64,000 nucleotides of DNA from Octopus sinensis. Taxonomy: Eukaryota. Positions 63,216-64,000 of the stretch are shown in pieces. Location of the stretch: positions 204,042,001-204,106,000 of the forward strand of contig NC_042997.1 in NCBI RefSeq assembly GCF_006345805.1, given 5' to 3'. The number at the start of each line of letters is the position of its first letter. Position 1 is the stretch's first letter. The notes under the pieces were generated by a model. It was not told the origin of the DNA. It was given only the letters and a program-made list of their open reading frames with translations, and made no database searches. A program made the position numbers and the translations under genes.

Positions 63216-64000
63216 CTTGGCAAAGTTTAGAGACCTACTACCTTTGTTAATCACAAAGAACCTCTCCCTCAAAGTAAAAAGCAGATTGTATGATGCCTGT
63301 GTATGAACAGCTGTGCTACATAGTGGTGAGGCATGGCTTGTAACTACAGAGGACATGTGAAGGCTTTAAAGAAATGAAGCCAGTATGCTTTGCTGGACTG
63401 AGGAAGTTAGTGTACATGTACAACAGAGTGTAAGTGATTTGAGAGAAAAACTGGGAATATGAGGCAACAGCTGTAGTGTGGAAGAGAGAAGACTGCACTG
63501 GTATGGTCATGTGGTGCATGTGGAAGAGAGAAGACTGCACTGGTATGGTCATGTGGTGCATGTGGAAGAGAGAGAAGACTGCACTGGTATGGTCATGTGG
63601 ATGACAGTAGCTGCATAAAGAATAGTCATTCTGTAATTGTGGAGGAAATGTTCGGAAGGGGTTGACACGGGAACACATGGGATAAAGTGGTGAGAAAGGG
63701 TCTTCAGACATTGGGGCTCACAGAGTGGATGACAGGGGACCAACACAATTGGTGATTTGCTATGCTTGAGAGGACATGTCAAGCAAAGTAGAATCGTGGC
63801 CGTCCATACATACAGGTACAGCCCCTCTGTCCATCTCTCAGCTGAGAGGTCCTAGTCCTTCAGGCTTGTGGGTACTGGTGCCATGTAAAAGCACCCATGG
63901 CCATGCTGGTGCTACGTTAAAAGCATCCAGTACACTCTGTAAAGTTGTTGGCATTAGGAAGGGCATCCAGCTGTAGAAAGCATGCCAAAGCAGACAAATG
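63216..64000 (+). mobile_element. decayed 5'-truncated RTE LINE 3' part with an internal ~42-bp triplication (63478-63600)
   Basis: AKFRDLLPLLITKNLSLKVKSRLYDACV*TAVLHSGEAW... is homologous to 16631-17130 and continues into the ggcatccagctgtagaaa tail. Confidence 0.85.

Overview
AT-rich eukaryotic (animal) genomic DNA. The SINE and LINE repertoire resembles Octopus (coleoid cephalopod); this comes from my recollection of those repeat families, not from a search. The window looks almost entirely intronic or intergenic, and nearly all ORFs in the supplied track are microsatellite or SINE artefacts. The only recognisable protein sequence is retrotransposon-derived: one young 5'-truncated CR1-type LINE and several RTE-type LINE fragments. 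The long structured RTE 3' UTR is itself the most common short repeat here. There are at least four tRNA-derived SINE families (one forming ~190-bp tandem arrays), piggyBac-type TTAA MITEs (one triply nested), two Helitron-like elements, a fold-back element and many micro/minisatellites. A repeat-poor, CpG-retaining island at ~7.6-12.1 kb has a canonical RFX X-box and splice signals on both strands, suggesting a promoter and first exons of an unidentified host gene or genes. The most striking signal not explained by the ORF track is a set of about nine mutually unrelated minimal type-I hammerhead ribozyme motifs of the Penelope-like-element (PLE) kind. Three have a complete CUGAAGA...GAAA...UA core (46031-46121, 18166-18215, 6756-6827), and most sit in short non-coding cassettes next to or inside (TA)n microsatellites. 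Ends of degenerate repeats are approximate.
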